Positions 20,899 to 31,453 of a DNA stretch of 64,000 nt are shown here, in pieces (position 1 is the stretch's first letter; each line of letters begins with the position of its first letter). The DNA is from an uncultured delta proteobacterium. Its GTDB lineage: Bacteria > Desulfobacterota > Binatia > Binatales > Binataceae. A program made the translations under genes and the position numbers. The DNA is taken from assembly GCA_963711565.1 (NCBI GenBank), contig CAVQEQ010000001.1, forward strand, positions 1,152,001 to 1,216,000, written 5' to 3'. Below the pieces are notes generated by a model that saw nothing but the letters and a program-made list of their open reading frames with translations, was not told where the DNA came from and made no database searches.

Positions 20899-21717
20899 AT
20901 GAAGCTGAGCGGAAAAGTGGCGCTGGTGACAGGGACCAGCACGAATATCGGCGGCGGAATCGCGGAGGGTTTGGCGAGCGAGGGCGCAGCGCTGGTGTGC
21001 GTCGATACGCGCGCGGAAAACGCGGCCGACTGCGCGCACTACATCAAGAGCACGGGCGGACGCGCTGCGGCAGTGACTTGCGATGTGACCGATGAGCGGA
21101 ACGTGATCGACGCGGTCGCGGCGGCGCGCGAACATTTCGGCGGCGTCGACGTCCTGGTGAACAACGCGGCCATCTTCAATAAGAAGGGCGTGCTCGAGAT
21201 GTCGCTCGACGAATGGCGGCGGCAGCTCGAGATAATTCTCGGCGGCACGTTCCTGTTCACCAAGCATGTCGCCAAGTCGATGATCGAGCAGGGTCGCAAA
21301 GGCGCCATCATCAATATCATCTCGACCGCGGGCCATCAGGGCGAGCCGAACAACATCGCCTACTGCACCGGCAAGGCTGGTCTGCTCAACTTCACGCGGT
21401 CGGCGGCGATGGAGCTGGTCGCGCACGGCATCCGCGTCAACAGCCTTACGCCGACAGCGACCGATCCAATGGAGTCGCTCGAGCGCGCCGCGCGATGGGG
21501 CCGTCCAGCTCGCAGCGGCGAGCAACTCAAGAATGCGTTCGAGCCGTTTCGAAAGGGCGTGCCGATGCAGAAGCTGCCGAGTCCAAGCGATTACGGACGG
21601 GCGGCGGTATTTTTGGCGTCGGAGGATGCCGGAATGATCACGGGCACAGATCTTCGCGTCGATGCGGGTGCGATCGCGCGTTACTGGGCGTGGAATCCGT
21701 CGGAACCTCTCCCCTAA
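20899..21717 (+). CDS. SDR family oxidoreductase (possible cis-dihydrodiol dehydrogenase)
   Basis: KVALVTG, VNNAA, YCTGK catalytic motif and GIRVN. Confidence 0.9.
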   Translation: MKLSGKVALVTGTSTNIGGGIAEGLASEGAALVCVDTRAENAADCAHYIKSTGGRAAAVTCDVTDERNVIDAVAAAREHFGGVDVLVNNAAIFNKKGVLEMSLDEWRRQLEIILGGTFLFTKHVAKSMIEQGRKGAIINIISTAGHQGEPNNIAYCTGKAGLLNFTRSAAMELVAHGIRVNSLTPTATDPMESLERAARWGRPARSGEQLKNAFEPFRKGVPMQKLPSPSDYGRAAVFLASEDAGMITGTDLRVDAGAIARYWAWNPSEPLP

Positions 21718-21765
21718 CCCCTCGCTCTTCAGGGGAGGGGAACGGAAGGTGGCAGGAGAAGAAAA

Positions 21766-23058
21766 ATGGATAAGTCGGTTGAGAGCTACATCTTAGACGA
21801 TCAGGACGCGGGGCTGTTTCGCGTGAATCGGCGCGCGTTCACCGATCCGGAGTGTCTGGCGGATGAGCGGCGGCGGGTCTTCGACAAGTGCTGGATTTAT
21901 GTCGGTCACGAGTCGGAGATTCCGCACGCGGGCGACTATCGCTCGCGCAACGTCGCGGGACGACCGATGATCCTGGTGCGCGGCGATGACAACGTCGTGC
22001 GCGTGCTGCTCAACACGTGTACCCATCGCGGGTCTCTCGTATGCCGCCAGAAGTCCGGCAACGCCAGGACTTTCCAGTGTCCCTATCACGCGTGGACTTA
22101 TAACTCGCGCGGTCAACTTGTGGGAGTGCCGGGCGAGGAGTCCTATAGCGAGGCGTTCAAGCGCGATGACATGGGTCTGGTCTCACCGCCTCAAGTGGAT
22201 AACTATCGCGGATTTATTTTCGCGTGCTTCGATCCGGCGGCCGATAGCCTCTATGACTACCTGGCAGGCGCGCGCGAGTACCTCGACCTGGTGGCAGATC
22301 AGTCGGAGCTAGGGATGAAGATCGTGGCGGGGCAGCAGTCCTATAGCGCGCGCGCTAACTGGAAGCTGTTAGTCGAGAACAGCTACGACGGTTATCACGG
22401 CCTGCCGACGCATCAGCGCTACTTCACTTTCCTAAGTGACATAGGCATAGACATGAGAGGCCGCGACGTAGCGGCGCCGTCGATTCAGAAGGCGGTAGAT
22501 CTCGGTAACGGTCACGCCGTTGTGGAATACCAGAGCGCGTGGGGACGGCCGATTGCGCACTGGGTCGCGCCGTTCGGGGAGCATCGCAAGGTGCATTTCG
22601 AGGAAGTGCGGCGCCGTTTCGACGCGCGCTTCGGTCCCGAGCGGTCGCGGCGCATCTGCGAGACCAGCCGCAATCTTGGCATCTTTCCGAATCTTGTGAT
22701 CAACGACATCATGGCAATCACGGTTCGCACCTTTTATCCCGTTTCGCCCGACTACATGGAGGTTAACGCGTGGGCGCTGGCGCCGGCGGATGAGAGCGCG
22801 GAGGACTCGGCGCTGCGGCTCGACAACTTTCTAACGTTTCTCGGACCCGGAGGATTCGCGACGCCGGACGATGTCGAGATGCTCGAGTCGTGTCAGCGCG
22901 GCTTTGCCAACCGCGAAGTCGGTTGGTCGGATATCTCGCGCGGGATGAAACGCGAGCATCCTTCGATCACCGATGAACTACAGATGCGCGCGTTCTGGCG
23001 CCGATGGAATCAACTCATGACAGAACCGAGGCTGAAGCGCGCAAGGAAAGCGGCATGA
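21766..23058 (+). CDS. Rieske aromatic ring-hydroxylating dioxygenase alpha subunit (p-cumate dioxygenase-like)
   Basis: CTHRG...CPYH Rieske motif, ENSYDGYHGLPTH mononuclear Fe site, FLGPGGFATPDD. Confidence 0.93.
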   Translation: MDKSVESYILDDQDAGLFRVNRRAFTDPECLADERRRVFDKCWIYVGHESEIPHAGDYRSRNVAGRPMILVRGDDNVVRVLLNTCTHRGSLVCRQKSGNARTFQCPYHAWTYNSRGQLVGVPGEESYSEAFKRDDMGLVSPPQVDNYRGFIFACFDPAADSLYDYLAGAREYLDLVADQSELGMKIVAGQQSYSARANWKLLVENSYDGYHGLPTHQRYFTFLSDIGIDMRGRDVAAPSIQKAVDLGNGHAVVEYQSAWGRPIAHWVAPFGEHRKVHFEEVRRRFDARFGPERSRRICETSRNLGIFPNLVINDIMAITVRTFYPVSPDYMEVNAWALAPADESAEDSALRLDNFLTFLGPGGFATPDDVEMLESCQRGFANREVGWSDISRGMKREHPSITDELQMRAFWRRWNQLMTEPRLKRARKAA

Positions 23059-23546
23059 GTAGCACAGACCTGCCTAGTCGCCAGGAAGTGGAGGACCTCC
23101 TATATAAGGAGGCGGCGTTGCTCGACGAATGGCGGCTGGATGAGTGGTTAGAACTGCTTACTGAAGATGCGGTCTATGAGATACCACCTACTGATGTTCC
23201 CGAAGGCGATTCGCGGAATACGTTGTTCATCATAGCGGACGACGCAGTGCGAATCAGATCGCGCGTCAAGCAGTTGCTAGGCAAGGCGGCGTGGTCGGAA
23301 AATCCTCGTTCACGCACGCGCAGGATGATAGCCAACGTGCGCGTCGTCGGCGCCGAGGGTGATAAGATTCTCGCGACCGCCAACTTTGCCGTGCATAGGA
23401 TGCGATATGAGTCGGTGGACACTTATATAGGGCACTACGACTATAAACTCGTTCGCCTAGGAAATGATCTGAAGATCCGCGAGAGAAGAGCTATTCTCGA
23501 TAACGAAGCACTGCGCCCGCACGGCAAGATCAGCTTCATTCTGTAA
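23055..23546 (+). CDS. Aromatic ring-hydroxylating dioxygenase beta subunit
   Basis: EAALLDEWRLDEWL, SENPRSRTRR. ATGA overlap with the alpha subunit. Confidence 0.92.
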   Translation: MSSTDLPSRQEVEDLLYKEAALLDEWRLDEWLELLTEDAVYEIPPTDVPEGDSRNTLFIIADDAVRIRSRVKQLLGKAAWSENPRSRTRRMIANVRVVGAEGDKILATANFAVHRMRYESVDTYIGHYDYKLVRLGNDLKIRERRAILDNEALRPHGKISFIL

Positions 23547-23579
23547 CGACAACGGTCGGCGAACACGTCGGAGGATGCG

Positions 23580-24562
23580 ATGGATGTCATCGACATGCAC
23601 AATCACTTCATCGCGCCCGCGGTAATCGAGTTTCTGGCGCGCGAAGGGAACCATTTCGCGACGAAGATCGTCGAGCGCGACGGGCGCCGGTTTTTTCTGA
23701 TCCGGGAGAAGGCGATGCGGCCGATCGACGGTCCGATCTCGAATGCGCAGGCGCGCATCGCGGACATGGATCGCGAGGAGGTCGCGGCGCAGGCGGTATC
23801 GTGCGTACCGTTCCTGATGTATCCGGACGTCGATACCGCGCTCGGACTTACGATCGCGCAGGTCAACAATGATGCGATGGTGGCTCTGGGAGCCAGCGAT
23901 CCCGATCATTTCGTGCCGCTGGCGAGCGTCCCGATGCAGAATCCAGCGGCGGCCGCGAGAGAATTGGAACGCGCCGCGAAGCTGGGACTTCGTGGCGTCG
24001 AGATTCCGCCGAAGGTCGTCGAACGTCAGCTCGATGAGCCCGATTTCGAAGTTTTCTGGGACGCGGCCGAGGCGCTGCGGATGGTGGTTTGCATCCATCC
24101 CTTTGAAGCCGCGCCGGCCGGAGCGCTTTCCAGATATTTTCTGGGCAACCTGGTCGGCAACCTTTACGACACCGGCCTCGCCGCCGCGCTGCTGATTTAT
24201 GGCGGCGTGCTCGAGCGGCATCCGAACCTGCGGGTCGTTCTGTATCACGCCAGCGGCGCCTGCCGGCGCTGGTGGGACGACTCGACATGGGCTATCGGCT
24301 CGTGCCGGAGTGCCGCAGCGCAATTCCGCGGCCGCCGTCCAGCTACGCAAATCAGTTCTACTTCGATATAATTGCGCACAGTCGCGGGATGCTTGGCTAT
24401 CTCGTGAAGACCTATGGAGCGGATCGATTCGTAGTTGGAACTGACTACCCGCTGCCTGCCGGCCTTGCGCATCCGGTGGAAGAGGTCAAAGCTCTCGGCC
24501 TCGAGCCTGGCGACGAAGATAAGATTCTCGGGGCGACCGCGCAACGTCTGCTACGCCTCTGA
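23580..24562 (+). CDS. Amidohydrolase_2 family (ACMSD-like decarboxylase/hydratase), split by a frameshift near 24260
   Basis: IDMHNH, IHP, YHASGA | LPALVGRLD...GTDYP. The two ORF-track pieces join with a 1-nt insertion. Confidence 0.82.
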
Positions 24563-24614
24563 CGATTACCGCTTCCAGCGCCCGAGTGCTATACAGATTG
24601 GGAGGTGACACGCG

Positions 24615-25874
24615 ATGGCGACGAAGCCGCAAATGCTGCAAGGCTACAGGGTTCTGGATTTCACGCAGTTCGTCGCGGGACCTACTTGCACTCGGCTACT
24701 GGCCGAGATGGGTGCTGAAGTTATCAAAGTCGAACTCGCGCCCTATGGCGATCGAGTCCGCGCCGACGGGCTCAAGTCGCTCAAGCCCGAATTCAAGGGC
24801 TCGAATCATAGCACCTACTACATGCAGCATAATCATTCGAAGCTGAGCTTTGCGATCGATCTGAAGAAGCCCGGCGCCAGGGAGATCGTGACGGCGATGC
24901 TTCCCCAGGTGGATATTGTCGTCGAGAACTTTGCGCCGCGCGTGATCGATCGGCTGGGGTTTGCCTATAAGGACGTCAAGAAGGTCAATCCTAAGATCAT
25001 TATGTGTTCGATCTCGATGGCGGGGCAAACCGGACCGCTCTCGAACAAGGCTGGCTACGATTTTATCGGCCAGGCCTACGCGGGCATTACTGACGGTATC
25101 GGGCAGGTCGATGGTCCACCGGCGCTTACTACTATGGCTATTGGTGATGTCTCGACCGGGGTAGCAGCGGCGATGGCTATCGGCTTCGCGCTGTTGCATC
25201 GCGAGCGCACGGGCGAAGGCCAGTATCTCGACGCGTCGCTGCTGGACACCTACTTCCATATGCACGAGAAGACCGTCCCGATCGTGTCGTTGCGCGGCGA
25301 GAAATTTCGTCCGACGCGGAGTGGTTCGTTACATCCGGACGGCGGCACTACCGGCATTTTTCATTTTCGCGGCAATGAATACATTCAGATTACTTCGACG
25401 CCGCATCAGTGGCCGCAGTTCGTGCGCGCGCTTGGGATGCCCGAATTGGCGAGCGACCCGCGGTTCAAGGATGCGCGGGGGCGGCGCGATAACAAGGAGC
25501 AGCTTCGAGATGTGATCGAGGAGTGGCTCTCGAAACTTCCGAGCCGTGACGAAGCGATCGCGAGGCTCGATGCCGAACGGGTCCCGTGTGCGCCGGTGTT
25601 GACAGTGAACGAGGCGGTGAAGCATCCGCATCTCAATGAGCGCAAGACGGTTCGCTGGGTCGAGGATCCTATGCTGGGGACAGTCGCGATTCCCGCGGTG
25701 CCGGTGAAGTTCTCGGCGTGGCCGGATAAGACGGAATTGCGTTCCGCGCGGCTAGGTGAGGATAACGAGCGGGTCCTGCGTGAGCTCCTCAAGATGCCGG
25801 CGGATCAGATCAGTAAGCGCTATGCGGAAGGAATCCTGGTTCGCGATCCTACGCTCGAAGGCAAGCGGTCGTAG
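24615..25874 (+). CDS. Family III (CaiB/BaiF) CoA-transferase
   Basis: GYRVLDFTQFVAGP, VENFAP and GDVSTG motifs. Confidence 0.92.
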   Translation: MATKPQMLQGYRVLDFTQFVAGPTCTRLLAEMGAEVIKVELAPYGDRVRADGLKSLKPEFKGSNHSTYYMQHNHSKLSFAIDLKKPGAREIVTAMLPQVDIVVENFAPRVIDRLGFAYKDVKKVNPKIIMCSISMAGQTGPLSNKAGYDFIGQAYAGITDGIGQVDGPPALTTMAIGDVSTGVAAAMAIGFALLHRERTGEGQYLDASLLDTYFHMHEKTVPIVSLRGEKFRPTRSGSLHPDGGTTGIFHFRGNEYIQITSTPHQWPQFVRALGMPELASDPRFKDARGRRDNKEQLRDVIEEWLSKLPSRDEAIARLDAERVPCAPVLTVNEAVKHPHLNERKTVRWVEDPMLGTVAIPAVPVKFSAWPDKTELRSARLGEDNERVLRELLKMPADQISKRYAEGILVRDPTLEGKRS

Positions 25875-25897
25875 GGAAGGCGTCGTCGGCGAATTGG

Positions 25898-27307
25898 TCA
25901 CTGAGGCTTGCATAGGTCTTCATTGTTGCCCTGACCCGTGTAGTTGAGAATTCCAGTCTGGAAAATCGGCGGTTCTACATTCCTATCAAGGTAGAGGTAA
26001 TACGGTAGTCGCGGTGCGATGGCATGGTTAGTTAGGAGGGCATCCAGGCCCGTTCGATGCGGATCGTCCCAACTCTGTCGGAGATAGGTTTCGTAAGTAG
26101 CGCAGAATTCCGTTCGGGAATTCGCCGATTGCAGCTTCGCGAAAAGCGCCGCGAGCTCACTCGATACCGTTCCGACATTGATCTGCAGAAACAGAATTTG
26201 ACAAGCCAGTAATGCCAGAAGGCCCATTGTAAGTCCTCGGTTGAAGGCGAAGACCTTGCCGGGTAGCTGTGCGCCGATAAGCCAGCACAAGCCAATCCAT
26301 ACGGCAGGATAAAGAAAGCGCTCTCCCGGACTTATCATACCGGCAAAGTCGTAGCCGCACGCGATAGCGGCGATTCCGCAGACGATTGCGGATGCGAGTA
26401 CTCCAAAGTTTCTTGCGCGGACTTTGACCCACGATAGGACGCAAAGGGGTAGCAGCAGAGTCAGAACGATCGCTGCGACCAGATTGAGGATCGCAAACAC
26501 TTTCATATAGGGAGCTTGGATGCCAAGCCATGGAAGAAATTCCGGAAAGGGGGAGAAGGCCGCGAGCCAGCGGCCCGCAAATTGATGCGGCGTCCAAAAC
26601 GTCCAGACTGGGCCGATCAGCTTTGGAGAAACGCGCTCGATTGCGTACCAAATCGTGAGACCTATCGATGACGCGAAGGAAGTGACGAAAGGACTCAGAA
26701 GGTCGGTCCGCGATTCAGCGAGGAGAAATGTGAGTGTGATGAGAATAGCGATCGCATAGGGCAGAAAGTGGCAAAAGAACATGGCGATGGATGCGCCGCC
26801 GACAAGCCACCAATTGATCGGTTCCCATCGGTAGATTCGACGAAACAAGTAGCCGCAATACAGGAATAGAACTGACAGCCCGAAAAGGTAAGCTAGCTCA
26901 CCCCAAAAGAAGTAGGTGTTCATCAGGAACATCAGTGGGATCAGCAGAAGAGGATTGTCGGTGTCGGTTCTGAGCGAAGTTAGCAAATAGGTCGAGGAAA
27001 GAGCTATCAAGATGATGCAGAGGGTCAATACGAGCTTTCCCGAGACCTCGGGCGGAAAGACCAGATCCAAGAGCCCAAGCAACGCAACCGTTGCTGTGTG
27101 AGGGACCGGGTAGTGCTTGAACGAGTAGGAAGGGAGCGTCTTGCCGTGAAGGAGTTCGGCGACGATGGAACCCTGGAAGACCCAATCGGGGTAATCCGAG
27201 AGCGGTAGAAAGCGGTGGCTCCAGATCAAAACCAGGGCGCTGATAACACAAGCCGCGAAGGTGCTTTGAAACAAGATGCGCCGGCGATCGAAGACGGAAT
27301 CCAACAC
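25898..27307 (-). CDS. Polytopic membrane protein, possibly GT-C fold glycosyltransferase-like
   Basis: About 10 hydrophobic segments, PLSDYPDW in the first loop and an ERF motif. AT-richer codon usage. Function is inferred only. Confidence 0.55.
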   Translation of the reverse strand: MLDSVFDRRRILFQSTFAACVISALVLIWSHRFLPLSDYPDWVFQGSIVAELLHGKTLPSYSFKHYPVPHTATVALLGLLDLVFPPEVSGKLVLTLCIILIALSSTYLLTSLRTDTDNPLLLIPLMFLMNTYFFWGELAYLFGLSVLFLYCGYLFRRIYRWEPINWWLVGGASIAMFFCHFLPYAIAILITLTFLLAESRTDLLSPFVTSFASSIGLTIWYAIERVSPKLIGPVWTFWTPHQFAGRWLAAFSPFPEFLPWLGIQAPYMKVFAILNLVAAIVLTLLLPLCVLSWVKVRARNFGVLASAIVCGIAAIACGYDFAGMISPGERFLYPAVWIGLCWLIGAQLPGKVFAFNRGLTMGLLALLACQILFLQINVGTVSSELAALFAKLQSANSRTEFCATYETYLRQSWDDPHRTGLDALLTNHAIAPRLPYYLYLDRNVEPPIFQTGILNYTGQGNNEDLCKPQ

Positions 27308-27396
27308 TCTGGTGATTTACCAGAGTGCTAGGGTGCACCGGGAATCGGAAGATGTCACCCCTTCGACGCTGTTGAGCTGACGAACCACAATCCCAT

Positions 27397-30300
27397 TTAC
27401 ATACCGGTGCCCGTGAGGCTGACTGTGTGCGGGCTGCTCGGATCGCTGCCGATTGTCACAGCGATGCTTGCGCTCTCCGCCGAACCGCCCCCGGTCGGCG
27501 TGAAGGTCACGGCTATGGTGCAGGATGAATTTGCCGGCAGGGTCGTCCCGCAGGTGCCGCCCGTCACCGCGAAATCGCCCGCATTCGCACCGCTGATACT
27601 CTCACTCAGCGGCAGCGAAGATCCCGACAAGTTAGTAACGGTAACGTCCTTGGTCTTCGAGGTTGTCGTCAGGGTGCCGTACGCAATGGTGGCCGGAGTG
27701 ACCGTCGCCGGGATCGTGGCGGCGGTGCTGAGCGCAATCGTGTACGGACTGAGCGGGTCGGGACTGTCGGCGAGCGACAGCGTCGCGGATTCCGTTCCGA
27801 GCATGCTCGCGGTGAAGGTGACGTCGAGCGTGCACGAGCTGCTGGCCGCGAGCGTCGTCGTGCAAGTACCGCCGGTTATCGAGAAGTCGGAGGCGTTGAC
27901 GCCGCTGAAGCTCTCGGCAAGCGTCACCGCCTGGTCCTGATGATTGACCACGTTGAGGGCCTTCACAGCAGTAGATCCGATTTTCACGTTTCCAAATGCC
28001 AGACTGCTCGCCGAAAATGTCAGATCCTCGATGCCGGTGCCGCTGAGCGCGGACACCTGCGGGCTGCTGGTGGCGTTGTCGGTGAGCGTCAGCGATGCGC
28101 TGGGCGAGTCGGCCGCGGCGGGGGTGAATGCGACCGCCAGCGTGCATGACGTCTTGGGCGCTACGGTCACGGGAATCGGGCCGCAGGTGCCGGTGCCGTT
28201 CACGGCAAATTCAGGGTCGGACGAGATCGCGCTCGAGACGATCAGCGAATAAGTCGCCCCGGTGTTTTTGATCGTCAGAGTCTTTGTAGATGTCTGGCCA
28301 ACGGGAACGTTGCCGAATGCGAGCGACGCCGTCACCGTCATTGTGGTGGTTGGCGTCGCGGTCGGCGTTGCGGTCGCGGTCGAAGTTGCCGTCTGAGTTG
28401 GCGTGGCCGTTGCGGTAACAGTCGGTGTCGAGGTTGCAGTGACTGTCGCCGTTGGGGTCGAGGTCGCTGTCGATGTCGGCGTAGCCGTCGCTGTCGCTGT
28501 CGCAGTAACCGTTGGCGTCGCAGTCGCCGTAGTCGTCGGCGTGGCAGTGGCGGTGTTCGTCGCAGTAGCTGTCGCGGTCGTCGTGGCCGTTGAGGTTGCG
28601 GTGACGGTCGCAGTGGCGGTCGGTGTTGACGTAGCTGTCTGAGTCGGCGTGACCGTTGCAGTCGCGGTGGCAGTCGCCGTCAAGGTTGCGGTGGCGGTCG
28701 GAGTGGCAGTAGCCGTCTGGGTTTGCGTCACCGTTGCAGTTGCTGTCGGTGTCGAGGTTGCAGTGACGGTTGTGGTGGTAGTCGTTGTAGCCGTAGCTGT
28801 CTGAGTTGGCGTCACCGTTGCAGTCGGAGTTGCGGTTACAGTTACGGTTGCAGTTGCAGTTGATGTCGCAGTGACGGTCGCAGTCGATGTCGGCGTCGAT
28901 GTAGCTGTCGCAGTAGTCGTCGAAGTCGCGGTCGCCGTTGGCGTAGTCGTCGCCGTGGCCGTTGCGGTCTTAGTCGCAGTAGCCGTCGCGCTTGCCGTCG
29001 CAGTTGGAGTTGCGGTGCGGGTCGCCGTAGCTGACGCAGTAGGTGTCGCCGTAGCGGTAGCCGTCGGCGTGGCAGTGGCGACGGGCGATCCGAATGCCAT
29101 CACCAGGTTATTGGCATTGACGGTGCCGATCCCCGTCGCAAAGTCCCAGCCGACACCCGCCGCGAATGCCGTCTCAAGCGTGGAATCCGACGATGACAGG
29201 CCGCCGTAAGTGCCTGATGGCTTGTAGCAGTTGTTGGAGCCCGTGCAGTCGACATCCATGTCGCCGAGCGTGACGTCATAGAAGATACAGGATGGATTGA
29301 CCTCGTTGCCGAGGCTCGAATTGCACGCCGAATCGCCGCTGGTTCCGTACTCGGCCGCTGCAAGCGAGTAGTAAGTTGGATTGGGGTTTCCTTGGCGGCT
29401 CGCGGTACGTTGATTTATGAGCGCCTGGACTCCGGCCATGATCGGCGACGAAACCGACGTTCCGCCGTATCCCGCCCAGGTGTCGGGAGCTCCCGAGCAT
29501 GACGCGCCCCCGTTTTTCGTATCCGAAAAGCAAACTACGTAGTAATGCCCCCACACTCCGTTTGCCGCGAACAGTGAGACGTCAGGGATGTCTCTCACTC
29601 CATCGGCGGGATTGCCGAATATCGATTGCCACGCAGGCTTGTGGTAGCCGGCGCAGGTTCCGCTGACGACATCGCTGGTGGAGGGCGATCCCGTGGCGCA
29701 TCCGCTCGGTCCTCCGCTCCCCGATGCGGTGGTCCGGTAATCCTCCTTTCCCAAGGTGCTGTTGCAGAACCCACTGGTTCCGAACGGCGACGAATAGCCG
29801 GCATACAGACTGAGCAGTTCGCCGGCGCACGAGTCATTCCAGGGAATTTCCGGAACGTAGGACAACGCCGATCCGTAGGTTGAGCCGTTGGCCGATCCCC
29901 AATAGCTATTCACCGTGCCGGCATAAGCGTCGCCGAAATCGGTGCCGCCGACCGACACGTTGTACGGCGTCGAGGTGAATCCGCTAACCGCGATGCCGTG
30001 GGTGGCAGTCGCCTCGTCCGCGTCGGCGCTCGCCGCGCCTTCGTCGCCCGACGATACGAACACCGACACGCCCTCGGTCACCGCCTGCTGATACAGTCCG
30101 CTGATGTAAGCGTTGGTGGTTGCGCCCAGTTCCGCCTCCGCTTCTCCATAGCTGATGCTCACGATCGCGGGCGGAGTGCCGGATTCGCTGAGCAGGTTTT
30201 GCAGTGCGATGAATCCGCCGAAGTTCGTGCTGGTATTCGCGCACGATGCCAGCTCGATCGCCGCGTTGGGCGCCGCCGCGCTGGCCCATTCCACGTCGAT

Positions 30301-31218
30301 AGCCGCTTCGCCGTCGTCGCTGTTGACTCCGGGATTCGTGCAGGCGCCCCCGGTGCCGGTCGGTTGGACCTGCGTCAAGGTGGCTGACGTATATGTGCTA
30401 AGCCCGAGGACGCTGCGGAACGTCGTCCAATCTGTGGTCGAATGAAGATTGGTGTCCTCGAGCGTTACGATTGTTTGTCCTTTGCCGGAATATCCCGCGG
30501 CGAACAGCGGATTGAAATCGTAGATGGTCGCCAGGTCCGCCGGCACCATCAACTGGTAGCCGGTGCCGGTGGTGTAGTCCGTGCGCTGTCGATACATCGG
30601 ATGCGGCCGGAAGTCGTTGAGCGACACGACTCCCACCAGCGCGGGCGCGAGCGCGGCCGGGATGCGCGGATCGCTCATATTGGCGAAATGGCTTCGGCCG
30701 TTCACGGACAGCCAATGAATCCCAGCGTGGAAGGCCTCACGTATCTCTCCCGCATTGCCCGAAAAGTCGATCAGCATTCCACTCGGATAAACGTAATTGA
30801 CCTGGAACCCGTGCGTTCGAAGCCATGCGGAAATCGTCGCGATGTCCCGCGGAGTCGCGCCGAAATGATTGCCGAACTCCTGCGCGGTCAGCCAACGATG
30901 GTAGTTTGGCGAGCTCGGATCTTCGAGCTCGCCAATCAATTGGTCCAGTTCGCGCTGCTGTTGCGGTGAGCGCCGAAGTTGGAGGAGCAGATGGTCAAGC
31001 GCAAAATCGTCGGCCACGCGCCCACGATCGTTGGCGGCCGTCGCCTCGAAACGCACATTACCCGGCACTGGGATAGTGTCGTTGTCGTTGATCGCGTCCG
31101 TGATTTGATCCGGCGCGGAGGTTGCGCCGGAAAGCGCCCGCGCCGGGACCGACAGGAGGCCCATCGCCAAACCGCCTATCGCCAGAACGATCGCTATGAC
31201 CCAAATCCGTTTACCCAT
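27397..31218 (-). CDS. Secreted S53 (sedolisin/kumamolisin) peptidase with pro-domain, Thr/Ala/Pro linker and three Ig-like (choice-of-anchor D/ASH) domains
   Basis: Signal peptide, pro-kumamolisin domain, EAAID (Glu/Asp), SSGDEG, GGTSVSSP (Ser), Ca site GWDFATGIG, repeated LAFG...CTLxVxFTP domains. Confidence 0.9.
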   Translation of the reverse strand: MGKRIWVIAIVLAIGGLAMGLLSVPARALSGATSAPDQITDAINDNDTIPVPGNVRFEATAANDRGRVADDFALDHLLLQLRRSPQQQRELDQLIGELEDPSSPNYHRWLTAQEFGNHFGATPRDIATISAWLRTHGFQVNYVYPSGMLIDFSGNAGEIREAFHAGIHWLSVNGRSHFANMSDPRIPAALAPALVGVVSLNDFRPHPMYRQRTDYTTGTGYQLMVPADLATIYDFNPLFAAGYSGKGQTIVTLEDTNLHSTTDWTTFRSVLGLSTYTSATLTQVQPTGTGGACTNPGVNSDDGEAAIDVEWASAAAPNAAIELASCANTSTNFGGFIALQNLLSESGTPPAIVSISYGEAEAELGATTNAYISGLYQQAVTEGVSVFVSSGDEGAASADADEATATHGIAVSGFTSTPYNVSVGGTDFGDAYAGTVNSYWGSANGSTYGSALSYVPEIPWNDSCAGELLSLYAGYSSPFGTSGFCNSTLGKEDYRTTASGSGGPSGCATGSPSTSDVVSGTCAGYHKPAWQSIFGNPADGVRDIPDVSLFAANGVWGHYYVVCFSDTKNGGASCSGAPDTWAGYGGTSVSSPIMAGVQALINQRTASRQGNPNPTYYSLAAAEYGTSGDSACNSSLGNEVNPSCIFYDVTLGDMDVDCTGSNNCYKPSGTYGGLSSSDSTLETAFAAGVGWDFATGIGTVNANNLVMAFGSPVATATPTATATATPTASATATRTATPTATASATATATKTATATATTTPTATATSTTTATATSTPTSTATVTATSTATATVTVTATPTATVTPTQTATATTTTTTTVTATSTPTATATVTQTQTATATPTATATLTATATATATVTPTQTATSTPTATATVTATSTATTTATATATNTATATPTTTATATPTVTATATATATPTSTATSTPTATVTATSTPTVTATATPTQTATSTATATPTATPTTTMTVTASLAFGNVPVGQTSTKTLTIKNTGATYSLIVSSAISSDPEFAVNGTGTCGPIPVTVAPKTSCTLAVAFTPAAADSPSASLTLTDNATSSPQVSALSGTGIEDLTFSASSLAFGNVKIGSTAVKALNVVNHQDQAVTLAESFSGVNASDFSITGGTCTTTLAASSSCTLDVTFTASMLGTESATLSLADSPDPLSPYTIALSTAATIPATVTPATIAYGTLTTTSKTKDVTVTNLSGSSLPLSESISGANAGDFAVTGGTCGTTLPANSSCTIAVTFTPTGGGSAESASIAVTIGSDPSSPHTVSLTGTGM
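28331..29085 (-). repeat. Low-complexity coding repeat (TATATPT-type), about 250 codons
   Basis: Degenerate T/A/P/V/S repeats inside the S53 gene, with varied codons. Confidence 0.9.
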
Positions 31219-31453
31219 AACCCCCGTCCACGTCCTTCAACAAATGCGCGGGAAGGACGTCGCCGCTAAGTAACGCGCAGCATATAATCACGCTACACTG
31301 TACGAAAGAGGCAATTAACTAGCAGATCGCCATCCTAGCGTCGAATGGCAAGCGATTCGTTACCAGACGCGACCCTGCCCTGCTTGCGCTACGAGGTAAA
31401 GTTGGGCTATCGGCGTCTTTGATTCGAGGCGTCTGAACAGAAGATTCGGGCTG

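Noticed and set aside
28331-29085. Repetitive DNA as a CRISPR array, and the Val/Ala-rich plus-strand ORFs
   Set aside because: No fixed repeat-spacer structure. It is the in-frame Thr/Ala/Pro linker of the S53 gene, and the plus-strand ORFs are its antisense shadow.
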